64,000 bases of DNA from Paramecium tetraurelia (lineage: Eukaryota), in contig CT868072.1 in the NCBI GenBank assembly GCA_000165425.1, positions 62,001 to 126,000 of the forward strand, written 5' to 3'. The notes below the pieces were generated by a model. The model was not told the DNA's origin and searched no databases. It was given only the letters and a program-made list of their open reading frames with translations. Shown here piece after piece: positions 13,329-29,576 of this stretch. The first letter of the stretch is position 1, and the number at the start of each line of letters is the position of its first letter. Both the position numbers and the translations under genes were made by a program.

Positions 13329-14970
13329 ATGGGTGTTTGTTAAACCAAAGTTAAGAAAACCACAGAAAATCCAAAAAAAAAGCTTAATAATAAAATTGAA
13401 AGAGTCTAAACTGAATTTACTGCTACTTAAGAAACAGGATCAAAAAATCCAGGACTTTTGTAATTAAATAGCTATAACGTAATCAACTCACCTTAATCCT
13501 CTGGATATGTGATACCAAGAAACCAATAAACTAAAACAGGATAAGTAAAGTTAAGTGGATTCACATAAAACACTCCGCAAACAGGACAAATCAGCATCCT
13601 TGAGATGAACGCTTCTAAAAAATATTCCATAATTAAGAAACGTTATTTGGACGATGTAATAAATATATTGAATTATTTTTAGTAGAAAAGTATATTGTCC
13701 AATAATAAGACTGGAATAATAGTTGAAATGGAAACCTATTTAAAAGAAGATAAAGAGTCATCAGAATACGTACTATGGATATCGAAAGCCTAATTGGTAT
13801 AGATAACTCATTAATAACATAGGATCATCCTAATCTCAATCGTATCCTTGAAATATACCAAGATTAAAATTCTTATCAGGTCATTTATGAATTTTTTGAT
13901 GGGAAATCATTGTCAGAACTAGTATCTGAAGACAATCGACTTCCCGTAGTTTAAATTAATCAGATTATGACCTAAATAATCTCTATTGTATCTTACTTAC
14001 ATTCTCTAAATCTCGTTCATGGAAATCTGACTCTTGACTCATTCTAATTTAAAAGAAATCAAAATGAAATCTCAATCAAATTAATTGATCTAAAAAGAGT
14101 TAAAATCAAAGAACCAGAATCTCTAAATCTGTTAAATTTCACATCTCCAGAATGCTTGGCTCATTTCACTAATTACACAACTGCAAGGGATGTTTGGGCT
14201 ATTGGTGTTATATGCTATTCTCTTGCCTAAGGTCATTTGCCGTATACAATACCTCCAAATACTGATTAAATTTCAGCCATTCAACTAATCAAATAAACTG
14301 AGATTCATTTTTAAGATAATGATCAGCCAATTGCTCAGTTTATTCAGAAAATGTTAGTCCATAACCTAAAAAACAGAGCCACCTTGAACTAATTGAAATA
14401 GGATGAATTCTTAAAGCAGAATAATCAGAAATAACTTCTTTCACAAGAAATCCTATTAAAAAATACATAATTCGCAAAGCCTTGTTGTTTCCTATAAGAA
14501 ATTATACTAGGCTATTTTTTGTAAGAATTCAACTGGGAACAATATCTTTAAATCCAAAAACTATTTTCAGAAGGAGATTCAGACATGGATGGCTATTTAA
14601 GTAAATAGGAATTATCAAATCTGTATAAACAGTATCTCAATGTGACAAATCCAGAAGAATTGGTAGAGTAAGTATTTTAAAACTATGGTATTAATAAAGA
14701 AGAAGGAGTTAGTATCTAATAGTTCTAGTGTCTAACTGCTAGTAGAGATATACTATTAACCGATAGCAATATTGAAATAGGATTCTAGATCTTCTCAAAT
14801 GGCAGAAAGGAAATCAATCTCAGAGGATTAAAAAAACACTTAAATTCTGATTCCGAACAATTGGTTGATGAATTCAATCGTATGACGAATGAAGAAAAAA
14901 TTGTATAAATTTTATCTTATTTTAGTTGAATCTCAAGTAATTTCACAAGTTAATTCAATTGATTATTTGA
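13329..14970 (+). CDS. CDPK-like pseudokinase with EF-hands (copy A)
   Basis: MGVCQ start, DHPNLNRILEIY, catalytic loop HGNLTLDSF, IKLIDLK, SPE..RDVWAIG, EF-hand DSDMDGYLSKQE; three short introns. Confidence 0.88.
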
Positions 14971-15812
14971 CATATTAATTAATCATATTAAGTTATTAAA
15001 TAAATTTATTTTCTATTAAATGATGCAAGCTATTCATTATTACATTAAAATTGAAAATTTCATAATTCATCCATTTAGGATTACCTTCACTCAAAATTTA
15101 TAAGTGAATGTATATTTTAGATATTTTTTTAAGTTTAAAATTATAAATTTATTGAGTTGAGGATTAAATTGCAAAGGATAATTATATAGATTATAACCAA
15201 ATTTTCAAATGTAGAAGGAATATTGAGAAAAGATAAAATAGTATGGAGCATCGATTGCATTGAAAGGAAATACTTATGAATTCTACTAATAATTAAATCT
15301 ATGAAAAAATTGAGGGTTTTAGTTTAAAATCTTTAATTTAAATTTGAAAACAAAAGATTAAGCAATTAAAAGGTTTTTCTAATTTCTTGAATATAAATTC
15401 AATTCTCAGGACTAATTTAGAATAATTCCTAAATTTACGCTTTTTAGCTGGACATTAATCAAAATCAAGAGTAAATAAGAAATATCACATCCATTTAGTG
15501 GTGCAATCTTTTTGTAGTCAGAATAATAATTTAAACACTCTAAATGGGTTAAATAATTTAAATTCTAATCCTTCCTTACTGAAGACAAATTCAGTATTTA
15601 TTTTTATCCAAATGAGTAGCTGCTCACTAAAATGTTGATTTTTCTAATAGTTTAACATAAAATTAATTCAATCTTATCTAAAATAGAAATCAATTAATAC
15701 TATTTTTCATAATAGTTTACCCTCTATTTGATTATCTTGACAATATTTTCATTTATATAATAAGTCCTCTTAAAACTAATTATAATTGAGATTATTTATT
15801 ATAAAAAAATTA

Positions 15813-17289
15813 ATGGAAATAAATAGAAACGATGTGATAAAGTTGATTTTATAATTTTTACAGGAGAATGGATTCAAAAAATCGCAAGAGGAATTGCAAA
15901 AAGAAAGTGGAATCTGTTTAAATTTGGTTGATTCGAAATAAAATCTTAAGAAAGACATCATAGATGGTAATGAATTATTTGAATCATTTAGGAAAATGGG
16001 ACTAAGTGCTGAATTAGATTAAGTTGTTCAATTTTACGGGTGATACATTATTAGATCTTTACGAATTGATAGTCTAAGAGTTAGTGGAAGTAAATGAGAC
16101 ACAATCAGCGCATTAATTTTTTCTTCAAATGATTGTTCCAAGTCTGCAGGAATACAAAGAGAGACTCCTAAAATTGGATTACTTAATAAGAAAACCTGGT
16201 AAATTGAGTATGAATGAGATTTACAATGATAATTTGAGTAAGGAATAAAGAAGAAGCAAGGTGGCTGATAGAGTGATTAGTGAATGCATAGAGGCTCCGG
16301 CTTGTAGATTGTTGGAATTGATTGGTGATAGTTTAAGACATTTAAATGCGAATAAAATAATCACGAATAACAAATATGACTTATTTATGGGTTTAGGATA
16401 GTCAGAGCAAAAAGTGACTCAAATTAGTAGAATAGAGAAGGTAATTAAATATTCAGAGAAGATGAGAGTTAATTGTGCGACATTTACTCCTGATGGACAA
16501 AACCTTATTACAGGATCTATAGATGGAATTATTGAGGTTTGGGATCCCACTAAATACTCAGTCAGAAATGATATAGAATATTAAGTGAACGATCAATATA
16601 TGATGCATAATAATTGCATAATTAATTTAAGTGCTAATAATGAATTGCTAGTTAGTTTGGATAATAATGGATAAGTAAAAGTTTGGAAATTGAAGACTGG
16701 TAAGTGTCTAAAGATAATTGAAAGTACACATCCTAAATAAATTGCAAGTGTGTTATTAGGTAAGGATCCTTAATAGATCTTCATTGCATCTGATTACATC
16801 TAATTATTCGCACTTAAGAGTGGAATCACTTAGAAATAGTATAGGGGACATAGTGGATTGATTTAATCAATGTTCTAGAGTTCAGAAGGTTCCAGAATAT
16901 ACAGTGGTGCTTTGGATCAATATTTTAAAGTGTGGGATACTCATTCTGGAGAATAGATTTACAGTCTGAAATTAGAGACAGCATTGGAGAAGATATTTTA
17001 CATTCAAGGATCTGTTCTGTTATGCCCAAGAGGAAAATAAATGGTTTTATTGAATAGCAATTTCTAAGAGGTTAAGAGATATCATTCTGAATCTGAATTG
17101 ATTAGTTGCGTGGCTTAAGGTGATTTTGCTTATGGTTTAGGATAGGGGTAATTATATAGTTATGAGGTTAAATCAGGAATTGGGTTGAAACTACTTAAAT
17201 TGCCAAGTGAGAATATGCAAGATATATGCATAGGACAGAATGTAATATTTTGCTATTCACAGAATGGTCATCTAATATTTATACAATGA
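15813..17289 (+). CDS. SMU1: SMU1-like spliceosomal WD40 protein (LisH/CTLH + WD40)
   Basis: MEINRNDVIKLILQFLQEN..LNLVDS..DIIDG|KWDQVL, APACRLLELIGDSL, and FTPDGQNLITGSIDGIIEVWD..RNDIEYQVNDQYMMH. Confidence 0.88.
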
Positions 17290-17997
17290 GTTAAAATTAA
17301 AATATTTGTTAATTAAATATGTCAACCAATCGAAACAATAGTTCAAGTCCTAGAGACTAATTGAGAGTATCTTCATTATCTTAAGAAAAGGAAGACACAC
17401 TTGAAAGCATTTGAGGATGATTATAATTAAACATGAATTGTCTTAAATTTTATAATTTTGGATAGATAATAATAGGGTATTACAGAAAATGGTGTAAATC
17501 CTGGAAATTTGGTCTACTTTGTTGAATCAAACGATAATTGGATTAGAGTGTTACAAATAGATTCATAAATAATGGAGGAATCATAGTTGTAATTTGTGTC
17601 TTGACTTATTTGTTTAATGTTTAGTTTAAGGGGTTTTTAAATTAATTTATTGATTTTTTACTATGAATATTTTATCAAATTTTATATATAAACTATTAAA
17701 CTTAAAATAACATATTGATTACAATTATGAGAGATTAAGTTGTGATCCTGTACAATTATATATGGAATTGAGATTAAATAATGAATGAGGTATTTCTATT
17801 TTGGTGCACTGAAATGTGAAAAGGGTTGTCAGTTAAACTATAACTTAAATAGAGAAAGTAGCTTTGTAAAGAACTATTTTTGGTTATTGTATTGATTATA
17901 GGTTTAGTATTAAAAGAAACAAATATTCAGTTTTATCAAATAAATTTTTTACTATATTAGTGTTGTTTTCGATATCAATCTATAATTAATTATAAAA

Positions 17998-19579
17998 ATG
18001 GGGCCTTGTTAATCTTAATCTAAATTGAAATCAAGAAAAGATTTGCAACAACCAACATTAATCAGAAAAACCGATCAAGTACTCACAAATAACAACCCTT
18101 CACTAAATCTTCCAAGCTTTTCCCCTAACCAAGAGGTTAATAGCGAGCCTTATGACGACACTAAAAAAAACTTGTCCCAACTAAAAGTGTATAGGTTTTC
18201 ATACAAGCAGTTTTACAGTGAAATCACTTAAGGAAACATGAGATGTAAGTTTTTGTGTTTATATAATAAAGTGTAGTTGAATTAGAAGTTGGTTCAGCAT
18301 AATCTAACAGGTAAAATCAGAGTAGTTGAACAATACGAAAGAAATTAATAAAATGAAGAGTTCATCAGCCAATTGAAGAGATATCCCCTGGTATTACATA
18401 AACCTTATCGTTCTATAGGACAACCCTCGGATCGTAACTGTGCACGAATTGTTCATCGTTGAGGAATACTACCATCTGATTGTCGATTATTGCAGCGGAG
18501 GACAACTCTCCAATTACTACGTTGACAAATCCATCATCCCATTCACTGAAGCTGAAATAGCCTCGATCATCTATCAAGCTGCAGAATCTCTTCGATATTT
18601 GGAACAGATTGGATTGACACATGGCTTCCTGGATTTAAATAGTTTCTCCAGAGTCGATATGTCACATCATTTTCAAATCAAACTTAGCGACATAAGGGGT
18701 CTATTTGTAAAGCCGAACTTGAATAGACATAATGTTTTCAGTCTTCCACCTGAAGCCTGCATTAAAAAAGACTAAAGTGAATTCGATCACCAGAGAGATC
18801 TTTGGAGTTTGGGAGTGATGGCATATTAGATGATATGTGGATATCCTCCCTTTGAAGGAAATACAATTGAATCAGTGAAATCGTAAATTAAAAAGATGGC
18901 TGCCCAATATAACAATTTTCAATTCGATAGAGTATCCAAATTATGTAGACAACTGATTCAAAGAGTGTTGGTGCCTGCTAAATAGAGAATATCGCTGTAA
19001 GCCTTTATGAATGATCAATGGTTCAAGATCAGAACCAAGTAAAATGATCAAAATCTTTTAACGAAACTTTAGTAAAATAAGGTCAAAGTTTCAGAACTCT
19101 AACAGTTGTTTTTGATATTCATAATTAAGAACATTTGCTCAGCTGATTAACAATAACTCTATACGGAATTTGCCAATTTGGATGAAAATCAAGATGGACA
19201 ATTAACCAAAGATGAGATTCTCAGAGTGTATTCGAATCGGTTTGATTCAAAGGCAGATGCGAAGTTGTTCATTGAAAACATTTTCAAAATAGCTGATGTC
19301 GATAAAAGTGGTACAATAGATTTCGGAGAATTTCTGGTAGCCATTACTGATAAATCTGGATTACTGACTGAAGAAAATCTTAAAACAACATTTAAGATGG
19401 TTGCATCAAGCAATGGTAAATTGACCACATAAAAACTCAGATTTCATTTCAACACTTCAGTCTCCAAATTAGATAAATTGTTTTTAGAAAACTTTAATAA
19501 TCCATAAGTAATTTATAAATATAAAAATTAGAATGTTGGGTATTCGGAATTTGAAGCACTGATGAAATAGTTATTGTGA
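17998..19579 (+). CDS. CDPK-like pseudokinase with EF-hands (copy B)
   Basis: MGPCQ start, QHNLTGKIRVVE, HGFLDLNSF, IKLSDIR, PPE..RDLWSLG..GYPPFEG; EF-hands DENQDGQLTKDE and DVDKSGTIDFGE. Confidence 0.9.
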
Positions 19580-19723
19580 TTTATACCTATATATTTATAT
19601 ACAATTATTCGAGTTGATTTATTGCCAACTGCATTCTCTTTTAATGAATAATTGCTCTTTATAATTATGAATTCCAGAATCATTGAATGATTAGTCTAAT
19701 ATTTTAAAGAAAAAATAAACAAA

Positions 19724-22553
19724 ATGGATCCCTATTAATAAATCACACCTATGTTCATTAAATAATGCTTATTGACAAGTGAGAGTTACAATCAAGCTAA
19801 GATAATCAAATAGGCTGTGAAAGACAATAAAGAGTAGTTATTTTAAACAATATGCATCACAATTTCAGAAGTTTTGGTTTTGAATCCAGTTAATGACCCG
19901 AATCCTCCCATGGCTAAACTATAAGCTGTAAAGGTATGTTTTAGATCTATCTTTGTAGTTGAGCAAAGATTTATTTGATATTTTTAATAAGAGTTTTGTA
20001 CATCTATTTGAAATACATGCTATATAATAATTTATATACTATGTAGAATTTGGAGATCCAAAAGACTCAAACAGAGGAAGCACAATCTTTGGATAAAACT
20101 CAGGTAATTAATTATTGATAATTCAGAAACATAAATTAAAAATATTGGAAAGTCCCTTGTATAATTTACTTCAGAATGCATTATTGCTTGGGCTTTGTTT
20201 TTTCCTAAAACCCCCTCAGGTTAAACCACTAAATTTGTATAGATTTATCAAAGTATGCAAAGTAAAGGATATAAAATATCTGGCTGGAATTATTATAAAG
20301 AAAACTTTGTAAGAAGTAATCAAGCAATAATCTAAGGTGAATAAATTGTTTAAATGCCAGTTGATGAAAATGGTGTCATTCTCAAAAGATAACTCTATTT
20401 TATTAAAGGATGTTAATAGATTTTAGATTATATGAGAAATATTTGCATCAATAATGAATAATGGGTACCTGATATGTTTAAACAATATTAAAACGAAATT
20501 ATAGCTAAAAATAAAGATGTGTAAAAATAGATTGATGATCTAAGATCCATAAAGAGGGAGGATCTAGTAAAATAAGTTACTGAATAGGCTATAATATTTG
20601 AATCTTTAGAAAAAGATCTATTGTCACTTACTAGTGAGAATTATATGGAATTTAGAGAAAAATATACCAAAAATAAGGATAATGAAGCACAAAATTAAGT
20701 TGCAGTATAGAAGTAAATAATATAGAAAACAGAATTACATCAACCATCAGGTGTTAATACTATTGAAATTTAATAACCGATTATAGTGAATGATGATTCT
20801 AAAGCATAATATCTCTAACTTGAACAAGAAAAATAACAAATTTAAGAAAAACTTTCTAATGCTCAAAAGGAGTTTAATGAATATAAAATAAACTCTTAAA
20901 AAGTGTTTTAATAATTAAAAGACTAATATGATTTAGAGATTAAAAGTAATGAAATCGAAAGACAAAAACAATATTAAGAAAAATAAAACTTAATGAATTA
21001 AATTGAAAAATTAAAGGCATAATTAAATAATGGGATTGAATAATAAAATAATTTGATGATAGGTTAATTAAAAAGAGATATTGAAAACTTAAAATAAGAG
21101 AAAGAATTAAAAATTTTTAATTTCCAATAAGAAATAAATTAATATTAATAAAAAGCTACTGAATTTGAAACTATCCAATAAAATCTTACACTTTAATTGA
21201 ATTTATACAATTCTTAAATACTAAAAATGCAAAATGAATATTAGATTCTAAAAGAGAATTAATAAAAGGAAAAATAAGAATTTTAAAAACAGATACTTGA
21301 GTCTCGTTAAAAAGAAGAAGATATGTAAAAATAACTGATAATTAAAGAAGAAGAAATGTAAAAATAACTGATAATTAAAGAAGAAAACTACAATAAATTG
21401 TACTTAAATTATTAAGCACTTAAAAAAGAAAATGAGAAATAGAAATGTATAATTTAAATTGAAATCTAGATGAGATTTAATAGAATTTATAACAAAAATA
21501 AATATCAAAAGATATTAAGCCCAAGTAGTTATAGACATTTCCATTTCCTGCCTTCTTCCAACATTTTCCTTAAATCCAAAAGTTTACGAGCGAAGAGGTG
21601 CCTTACAGATAGAAACCTATTAGTAATGAAAACTTAGAGCTCATTTTCCCTTATTTAAGCCCTCAGGATTATTTTAATTAGAAACCACAAAAAACTCGAA
21701 AAGGAAAGGAAATATATTTAGGTTAAGACATTAACAATTTTTCATATTTAAGCGAAAAAAACTTAATTTTCTTCAAACGGAGATGCTCAGGAACTTAAGG
21801 TATTTTGAATGTATCTTCTGAATTGGAATTTGGTTTGTCCTATTTGACTCAAGAATCATAAAACAAAGTTTATTTCACTTATGGTTTGTATATCAAAAAT
21901 TAATAAATAGCAAAGTAAAATTTGAAAGTTGAATTTTTAGAAATTGAAAGTAACTATTTATGCTATTTAGAATTCTAACAATTTTAAGCTTCTTCTGATG
22001 TATTTTCAAAATAATTAATTGAAAATTAAATTGAATTAATAGAGATATTAATAGAATCAAAAGTTATTCATCTCTAAGTCTTGACATTGTAAATTACTCT
22101 TTTTGAAACAAAATCATTCTAAATATCCATTCCTATTTGCATTTGTTAATAAATAATTTACGCTGATACCAATTTAGATAAATTTAAAAAAGAATGGAAA
22201 TAAAAGAATACTAACATAGTCAGAACAGCTTAACTCAAGCTAAACAAATATGTTAGGAAAGATATTTAAAGCATTCTAAAGTTGATACCAAAATCAATTA
22301 TATTGAATTTCAATAGAATTCAAGATTTTGAATAGGGCATAGCTGCAGTAAAATTTGGAGGCATTGGGAAGTTTAAAGATATTTCATTCTTAATAAAAGT
22401 ATAAATTGTAATTGATATTGTTTTCAGTTTGAAATTTAGCCAAACAATACATTTTTCATTTACCTATCTTGTCAATCTGCGCATACTAATAAAAAGGACA
22501 AAATTGAGTAAATATTAAAAGGGTATGCCTTTATATTGTAGTCGAATAGTTGA
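19724..22553 (+). CDS. Large protein: VHS/ENTH-like N-terminus, coiled coil, alpha-adaptin-ear-like C-terminus
   Basis: Helical N-terminus (PMAKLQAVK|LSKDLFD..LLQNALLAW), a long E/K/Q coiled coil, and C-terminal FKRRCSGTQGILNVSSELEFGL..ISIPICICQQIIYADTNLDKFKKEWKQ. Several introns; domain calls are by eye. Confidence 0.7.
21311..21385. repeat. 33-bp coding tandem duplication (KEEDMQKQLII/KEEEMQKQLII)
   Basis: aaagaagaagatatgtaaaaataactgataatt is repeated with one mismatch, plus a partial third copy. Confidence 0.9.
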
Positions 22554-22740
22554 TATTCTTGATTAATAATTTATTATGATAAATTTAGAAACACATTTGT
22601 TTACTTAAATTATATTAAAAATATAAATTCAATATATTAGCAATATTACAAAAATATAGGGCAATTGGGTCGATGGGGAAGGAGTTTATTATAATTTGTG
22701 ATATAATAAATTAAAACGGATACGATATGGTATTAAAAAA

Positions 22741-23636
22741 TCAACTAAAAATAGAATGAGGTAGAAGAGCATTAAAAAAGTCTAACGGAAATTTAGATTT
22801 TCCATTTCTCGGAATGACTAATTTATTAGGCTACCTTGCATTGATTTTAGAGTTCCCTATTCTATTATGTTCGGCGAATTTTTTTTTTAAATCTTAAGTA
22901 GACAAACAAAGCAAATCTAAAATTCTTTCTTTGGTTTCTTGAGTTAAGGCAGGCATTTCTTTATTTTTCATATTTTATTTGGTTTCCAAGAAGAATTAAC
23001 TATCTTCTTCTAGTTCGATATAGTTTTCTGTTTTCTTTTCAATTTTCTTTATGCCACTAACAATTTTATCTCCCAATATGGATTCAAATTTATCCCTTGG
23101 TTCTGTTGGAATTGATTATTTATGAAGACGAAATAAAATATCTTGAGACTCATCTTGTTTAGAAATGGAATGAGTGGCAATTTCATTGGGCTCTGTTTTC
23201 ATTTTAGTTAAGGGAGTAAAATTTTTTCTTCTATCAGTTCGAAGCTTGATATTATTGATATGTTGACTCTTCTGTTTCTTTGTAGGTATAATATTAGAGG
23301 TTTAATCGTCAGATTTGATTCTTCTGGTGGTTGGTAATTTGTACACTGAGAAATCGTTGATAATTTTATATTTTGATATGGATCCATCGTGCAATGGAGA
23401 ATTGAGAGTAGGAATACGTTTATTCGGGTTAATGCGATGTCTTCATATGTATAATAGAGTTACAAATCTTTGAATTGGGTGGGAGAGTGCAAGGGCTGAG
23501 CAATAATTGGAGTTTTCCTTCGAACTCCTTAACTGTTCGAAGGGGTTTCCTCTTTATTGAGAAAACTAATCTTATTTGTTGAGTGACGAGATGAAAGATT
23601 AGGAGGTCTTATGAAATAGGGTTGTTGTTGTCTCAT
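22741..23636 (-). CDS. Hypothetical basic low-complexity protein
   Basis: MRQQQPYFIRPPNLSSRHS..GKSKFPLDFFNALLPHSIFS-TGA with at least one short intron. Confidence 0.7.
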
Positions 23637-23664
23637 TTATTTTACAAATAAATAAAATATAATA

Positions 23665-25459
23665 ATGAGATTTCTAATAGTAAATGGATTCAATGCTTCT
23701 ACATCTTGTGCTAAAGTGTTTGACTATTTTAGGAATAACATTTAGAATGTATATAATTATATTTAGTTTTAGATGATATCAAAATAACGAGAAGTAGCAG
23801 ATACAGAGTGTGAGTATCATTTTCGAGATCGCCATTCTTTAGATGATTTTCTGTATGAGCCCGAGACAAGTTTAATCAGAATGGAATATGGGTTGAAATT
23901 TAATTCTATTGATATTGTCTTCATTATAGCTTCCCCAAATTCAAGACCTTGGAATCCAAATATGAGGAAGGTATAAATACTATATGAATAAGATAATCAC
24001 TTTGATTAGAATGTGTTTGAAGACCAAGAAGCTATTATTCTGTACTTCATTTGGTGCACAGGCTATAGCTTACCTTTGTTCAACAAATTTTTCAGTTGTA
24101 ACTAGTTTATTTTTGACCCAAGCATGCTTCCATTACTAACAATCATGGGGAAGGTTGCAAATTGGTGGATTTTCCAAAATATACACTGTAAGCATTGAAA
24201 AATGGCCCTAATGAATACTTCTTGGATTCCACCACTGGCGATCTTTACTTTTACTGTAAAATAACTGATGAGTGGTTACCGAAAGCCAACATAGGATTGC
24301 ACAATAGAAGAGATGCCATGGAGTATCAGTCGATTGGCAAATACATTGTCAAATCACCGACCTATAAACCTAAATAGAACATGTTGGAAAATCAAAGTGA
24401 AATGATGTGTTTAATCAAAAAATAATTTTTGCATCACTGGTTATTTAGAGGAGTTGCCATGGAGTTTGGCATCACCTCTTATAATTAATGGGATATCCAT
24501 GCAATCACGTTTACCAACCCAGACAAAGTAGTTATTGAGGTTATTTAGAAATTCAACTCGTTGGCAGAGCATAATTTAAGAGGACCCTTAATCATTGAGA
24601 GTGACAATATAATAGCAACGATGTTCGAGTTGGAACCCAAATAGAAGGATACTGTAAAAATATTGCAGAATTTTATTGACAATGCTGTGAAAATGATTAG
24701 ATTCAACAACAATTATAACCTTATTAGCATCACCAATGAGAAGTACTTTTCAGGAAATAAGGGATTAGACAATATTGAGTTAGTGTTTTAATAGAAAAAG
24801 AAGGTGGGCAATTTGAATCCTGAAGATTTGTTAAAAAGATAATAGAAGAATTTTATGCATGAATATAGGAAATTACTGAACACAGCCATCTAAGAAACAG
24901 AAAGAGATAAGATATTTCATGTTGGATTCTCGGTCAAAAAGGATAGATTACCAGAGTATTACCTTATTAATATAGTTTTGTATAGCAAAATAATATCCAG
25001 GAGAAGAATTATAAAGTGGTGAGACGAAAATCATTTCAAATGAAAAAGGCTCACTTCTTAAGGCAACAGAGTTAGATTAATGTGGGAGGAGATGATGATG
25101 AGTAGATGAGGGATTTGTTAGAGGAGGCTCCCAGAAAGCCTTTGCCATTCCAACGTGTCGTAACGACTGCCAACAACAGTAAACGGATAACCTCAAAAAA
25201 AAATTCAAATCCTAAGACACCAAATACTATTGAAAATTAAGACAATGAATTCCAAGAGTTTGAAATCAAGATGATCAATAATGGGTCTGTTAGAAAAATG
25301 CTACATCCTTCACTAGATGAAGAATTCTTAGGATCAAATAAGATATGGGTTCCAGGATTCCTTTCGAAGGATAAAAGCAAGAACAATCACATCATTCACA
25401 GTCAGAGAGGCTAACACAATCAGAATAACAGATTTCACACTGATTCACTTGTCGGTTGA
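23665..25459 (+). CDS. Hypothetical protein with class I glutamine-amidotransferase-like N-terminal region
   Basis: MRFLIVNGF..IDIVFIIASPNSRPWN..LIRMCLKTKKLLFCTSFGAQAIAYLC; three short introns; ends DSLVG-TGA. Confidence 0.7.
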
Positions 25460-25496
25460 TAAGAATAATTATTCAAATATAAATTATTTTATTTTT

Positions 25497-27425
<1,929 letters not shown>

Positions 27426-27584
27426 TTATCTAAATTTATATCATATTATCATTCATTTTTAGTTTTCAATTGAATATAAATTATACTCTTTTTTTGATCT
27501 TATTATGATTAAATCAAGTCTCAATTATATGTTTATATAATAATAATAAATATGAAAATAAATATTCAAATTGCAATTAGTATT

Positions 27585-29230
27585 TCAGAGGGCATCAAAC
27601 ATCAATTGTTAAAATTAATTGAAATTTATCTAATAATTATAAATTATTATTACTTAATTATTTTCATAAACAGAAAATTGCTATTTCAACTATTGTTTTT
27701 TGTTGTGGTATAATGTACAAATTTTCGATAATGAAATGAAGCCTTCCACATCTGATAGTATTTTAAATGTCTCTTTAAGATTGTCTTCAGTAATTAATGT
27801 CTCTTTATTTATAACTCCAATCAAAAACTCTTAGAAATCAATTTCCCCATTTTTATTGATATCAATCCCTTTAAATACAGCATCTACATGTTCCTTAACT
27901 TCTTGGATACTACTGAAATGTTTGATGTAAGCGATTGTTAGATCTTGCTTACTGATCTTGCCATCATGATTAACATCGAATTGCCCAAAAAGTTGATAAA
28001 GGATCTATTCTTAATCGGCTGAAAAAGTGGATATCATAAATTACAAGAAGCAACACTAAAGAAAACTCAATTAATGATTATTTTCTAATTGCTTAACTAT
28101 TAACTTCTATTCTTCATACTGAGTCTCTATATTGTGTTTTAGCCAATGATCATTTAAAACTTAATTCAAATTAATTCTTTTGGCAGGATCAAATTTGAAG
28201 AATCTTTTGATGATATCTACAGATTCAGGTGGCAAACATTGTGAATTTAAATCTTCTTGCACCGAATAATTCATAATCTCCTCAAATACTTCCTCTTTAT
28301 TATTGCCTTTAAAAGGGAATTCCCCAGTCAGCATTTAGTAGAATATTACTCCTATGCTCCACACATCCCTTGCAGGAGTATAATCTTCAGGAAATTTGAT
28401 AGCCTCAGGGGACATATATAGAAAGATATCTTTTTCAGAAATATATGATTTTAAGTAAATAGGTTTAAAATCGACTAATTTAATAAAATTAGAGTTTGAT
28501 TGATTACATTTCTAAAAAGAAGCCAGTGTTAATCCCCCATGATTGACTTCGTATTAATGAAGATGCTTGACAATTTCAATCATCTGTTTCAGAATCAATG
28601 CTGCTTACTATTGAGTGTAAACACATTTATGTAGGTGTTGGGACAAAAGAGGTCCATTGCAGAAATCATGAATTATTTGATAATTATTACTATCCTAGAA
28701 GATTTCGAAAATTCTTGTTAAATTAGGATGGTACTAAAAATATATCATATATTTTGTACCAATTAAGTTTTGACTATTGACTCAATGAGCTAAATTCCTT
28801 GGTCTGTTTTTTTAATCATCTCAGCCACCATTATTCTACCACTGAGATTATGTTAGACTACTACAATGTGATCTAACTATTTAATTCGATAACAAAATTG
28901 GTCTTTGCTTAGCATAGTGTAATGTTTTGAGAATTGGGCATTCTTAATCGATACCCAAGTTTTGAGGGTTCCACGAAACCCTGCATTTTCGACTATTTAA
29001 TCTGCCCATACCATATGCTTTACTTAACGAGTAGAAGGAGTTGCAGCAAACTTAGACAATACTTACTTTGGTGAGGAAGCAGTTGGCTTTATGCTTTTGA
29101 TGCTTCTTTCAGACCTAACCTATCTTTGAATATCAAGAGAGTAATCATTTTGAAGAGTCTATTTTGTTTGTTGTTCCCCATGTTCTTTAATTTGAACATT
29201 CTTTTGTCGTTTAGCTGAACAGATTCCCAT
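27585..29230 (-). CDS. CDPK-like pseudokinase with EF-hands (copy C)
   Basis: MGICS start, QHNLSGRIMVAE, YHPNLTRIFEIF, HGGLTLASF, IKLVDFK, SPE..RDVWSIG; EF-hands DVNHDGKISKQD and DINKNGEIDFQE. Confidence 0.9.
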
Positions 29231-29576
29231 ATTTAAATTTTTATTTTTTGTTTGATGTGATCAGTTTATTTAAGAAACTTGTATACTTAATTACTGTATA
29301 AATATATTTTATCAAATTAAGAAGAGAATTTAGAGTATTTTCTATATTAATTTACAATTTTCACTTTATGTGTTTCCTGGATATCAAATTAAATTAATGA
29401 AGAATTTGCGAGAAAGGAAGAATATTAAAATTGACTAAAGTAGAATTTCAGGGACAGGAATTCCATAATGATATCATTAAGTTAGTTTAAATGTCTTAGA
29501 TTTTGATTGGTTTGTAATGATACATAACTATTTATTTGTATGTATTTGGTATTATAATAGGTGATATTTTAATTAA

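Noticed and set aside
15050..15720. Coding-like intergenic sequence between pseudokinase A and SMU1
   Set aside because: Frames are interrupted on both strands and no family is recognisable. It may be a decayed gene, but this cannot be supported by eye.
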